From Psammoneis japonica (Eukaryota): a DNA stretch of 64,000 nucleotides. Under the pieces are notes generated by a model. That model saw only the letters and a list, made by a program, of their open reading frames with translations. It was not told the origin of the DNA and ran no database searches. The stretch's first letter is position 1; every line of letters begins with the position of its first letter. Made by a program: the position numbers and the translations under genes. The DNA is taken from the NCBI GenBank assembly GCA_008632985.1, contig QPGO01000299.1, positions 1-64,000 on the forward strand, given 5' to 3'. Positions 61,690 through 64,000 of this stretch are shown piece by piece.

Positions 61690-64000
61690 TGCACATTCAC
61701 CAATCAAGAGATTTACGGACCAGCGGTGTCGGGACAATCTAACGGATGTCTAGGACAGATGACAATCGTGTGCTAAAGTGAGCAAAGGAGAGATCATCGG
61801 ATCTCTCCATGCTGTCTATGCTAGTCTGTCCGACACAAGGGAGTGCACTCCCCATCTTGGATGTCTGTCACCCTCCCCTGATGAGCAATGCAATGCTCAA
61901 CAAGAAAGAAAAAGATGATCCGAATAAAAAGAGAGGACCAGAACAGCAGGAATGAAGAGAAAGAACCAAAAGAAATGGCCAAGACTTGGTCCGTAAACAC
62001 GACAACAATCAACGACAATGTCCCATCCCCAAACGACAAGCGGCTGTCGGGAATGAGAGGCATCCAACCACAGTCAGTGCATCGGTCTTCGACAAAAAAT
62101 GTCAAAGGTAGTTCCCAATAAATCTTTTTGGATAAATTGAGTCGTGCACCAAAGGATAATTTCTTCAATCCACAAATAATCGACGGCAATGGGACATTCT
62201 GGCGAGTCACAATGTTGCCAAAAAATGTCATCAGAAGAGATGGGGCCAAAAAATGGAAATCCACCATGGCAGATGATGCGGCGAAAATGAAGCAATGGCA
62301 ATCCACCTGACAAACCAATGCTTCTACCACCATTTGTGTAGCCCCTGAAAAACATGTTGGGCAAACAAAATAGATCATAAAAGTCGCTCAACGTCGGAAG
62401 AACATTTTTTGATCAGGGGAGGGATTCCTGTGGCACAGAGGAAGCATGTCAGGCCATTGAGAACTCAATCTTTGACCAAGACACCTTGCTTGATGATCAT
62501 GTTTTGCACGCCGTGCGATGCTCACCTCACATCGGCAATGGTGGACAGGTCCGGAGTGCCGTGAAAAGTGCAATTAGATGCGACAACGGTCCTGACAACA
62601 GAGGAAAGAGATGAAATAGCGGGAGGTGACGAGACTCGGTGGCCCTCTTTCAGGGTCACCCTGCTTCCATTGGTCTTGATCGGACAAGAGAAGGAATGGC
62701 AGCATCGTACATCCGAAATTAATGACGGCCGAACCAAAAATCCGAATTCGAATCTCAACTTGACAACCAACAAAGTGCTGGCGGCATCCATGTGTAACAG
62801 ACCACGGCGGCGCATGGGTGGCAAGCAACTCGGGTGTAACCTTGACAACAGAGGATGGTCCATAACTGGGGTGAATGTGGCCATCTTTGTATGGAACAAT
62901 AGAATGGCCAGAAACAAAAAACTTTGGGGTCTTGAGCAGGCAGGAGCAGAGTTCGGCAGGAAGTGCCACTGATTTGGCAGGGATTGCAAGGGATCCCGCA
63001 TCAACATCTGTAGATTGCTCACCCACAGATTCCACAACAGACATGGTAGACTCGACATTCAAGGAATGAGCATCCATGGGGTCCATCCGAGTGTCCACAG
63101 TGAGTGCATCTGTAACATGACACACAACAGCAGTGTCAGTGTCACATGCAGCAGACCCAGTAACTGGGCACAACTTGGACTCAGCACATGCATGAGAACT
63201 CGAAGTGCTCTTCAATCCATTAGTCATGGCTTGCCCATGCTCGTTTGGACCAGGCAAATGAGTTGCTAAGGCCTTGGCAAAGTCTTCAGGAGCAGGACCT
63301 GTAGCAGCAACCGGTGGAGATACAGAACTTGAGGTTTGAGATGACTTTCCATGTGGAGCATCGGACATGTCGTCCCAACATGCAAAAGATGGAAAATCCG
63401 GACGGAAGAAGAGAAATGTGGTCTCAACATAGACCGTCATGGTGTCGTGACCGTCTGAAATTGCCTTGATCATAGCCTTCTGAAGATTGGTGAGGTTTAG
63501 ACGAATCGGAGAAGCTTCAGGAGCAGCTACAAAGAGAGGAGCTTTATCCATAATCGGACCAATCTGTGTAAGATCCTTAGTCAGTGTAGCCTTGGGGATG
63601 ATGAGGTCATGAACGATCTTGTGACGGAGAGTGGCAACAGCATGGCTCTTGAGGCCTTGAGGAGTAAATCCATCCAGAAGTTCTTTGGGAGCAGGCATCT
63701 CGTCGGAATTAAGGACGTTCAGGTAATGATGGGCATCTGGTGAGAGATGCTGGGGGTTGAATGCAACCAGTGTCGACTTGATCTTGGTCAAATCGAAGGC
63801 GTTTTGATTTTTGTTCACCATGGTTGCGCGGGAAAAAAAATCAAATTCCTGCGTAGAGCTCTGGTGTGTGTTCTACGGTGGTCGTTTGATCACAAATCAA
63901 GAGGTGAAAAAATAGCTGTGACAATGATGACGATTTCAACAAAGAAAAGGTCGCCAAAATCACACAACAGGCGTTGCAACAGAGGAGCACAGAGGAAGAA
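61690..64000 (-). mobile_element. Minus-strand LTR element carrying gag only (no pol in the window); relative of the 36290-43500 element; 5' LTR is beyond the window
   Basis: The putative 3' LTR at 61690-61847 is bounded by TGCAC...GTGCA and preceded on the minus strand by a PPT GGGGAG (61848-61853). Its core aaagtgag..ggagagatc resembles 43360-43395. The leader at 63843-63930 resembles 43107-43190. Confidence 0.65.
62574..63821 (-). CDS. Gag-like ORF (415 aa) of the LTR element
   Basis: ATG-initiated ORF. PEDFAKALATHLPGP is homologous to AEEFTKALAKHIPGP at about 42550-42505 in the nested Copia gag. Confidence 0.6.
   Translation of the reverse strand: MVNKNQNAFDLTKIKSTLVAFNPQHLSPDAHHYLNVLNSDEMPAPKELLDGFTPQGLKSHAVATLRHKIVHDLIIPKATLTKDLTQIGPIMDKAPLFVAAPEASPIRLNLTNLQKAMIKAISDGHDTMTVYVETTFLFFRPDFPSFACWDDMSDAPHGKSSQTSSSVSPPVAATGPAPEDFAKALATHLPGPNEHGQAMTNGLKSTSSSHACAESKLCPVTGSAACDTDTAVVCHVTDALTVDTRMDPMDAHSLNVESTMSVVESVGEQSTDVDAGSLAIPAKSVALPAELCSCLLKTPKFFVSGHSIVPYKDGHIHPSYGPSSVVKVTPELLATHAPPWSVTHGCRQHFVGCQVEIRIRIFGSAVINFGCTMLPFLLLSDQDQWKQGDPERGPPSLVTSRYFISFLCCQDRCRI

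Noticed and set aside
3550..63250. Hundreds of short overlapping Cys/His-rich ORFs on all six frames, resembling metal-binding or zinc-finger genes
   Set aside because: TpA loss removes TAA/TAG stops and TG/CA excess inflates Cys, His, Gln and Met. The readable ORFs are transposon remnants.

Overview
This is a eukaryotic window, most likely from a diatom, judged from the short 76-126 nt GT-AG introns and the diatom-type Copia, Ambal-like LINE and Plavaka-like elements. It has two gene islands. The first (1-3200) holds a 5'-truncated DA1-like LIM/metallopeptidase gene and a convergent 2-exon CAMK-group kinase. The second (23625-29013) is a 6-exon myosin. The rest (about 3550-23400 and 29550-64000) is nested, decayed transposons: two TIR elements with 2-bp TSDs, several Copia elements, a solo LTR with a 5-bp TSD, a MITE-like element, a LINE, DIRS/Ngaro-like remnants, a tRNA-like/SINE fragment and tandem repeats. 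The main observation is a repeat-restricted mutation signature. TpA is converted to TpG/CpA (A>G on either strand), so conserved Tyr codons become Cys or His. This is seen even in younger nested elements that still keep many CpGs, and host genes appear spared. It resembles a RIP-like genome-defence process with the opposite chemistry to fungal RIP. All counts and alignments were done by eye; no searches were run.
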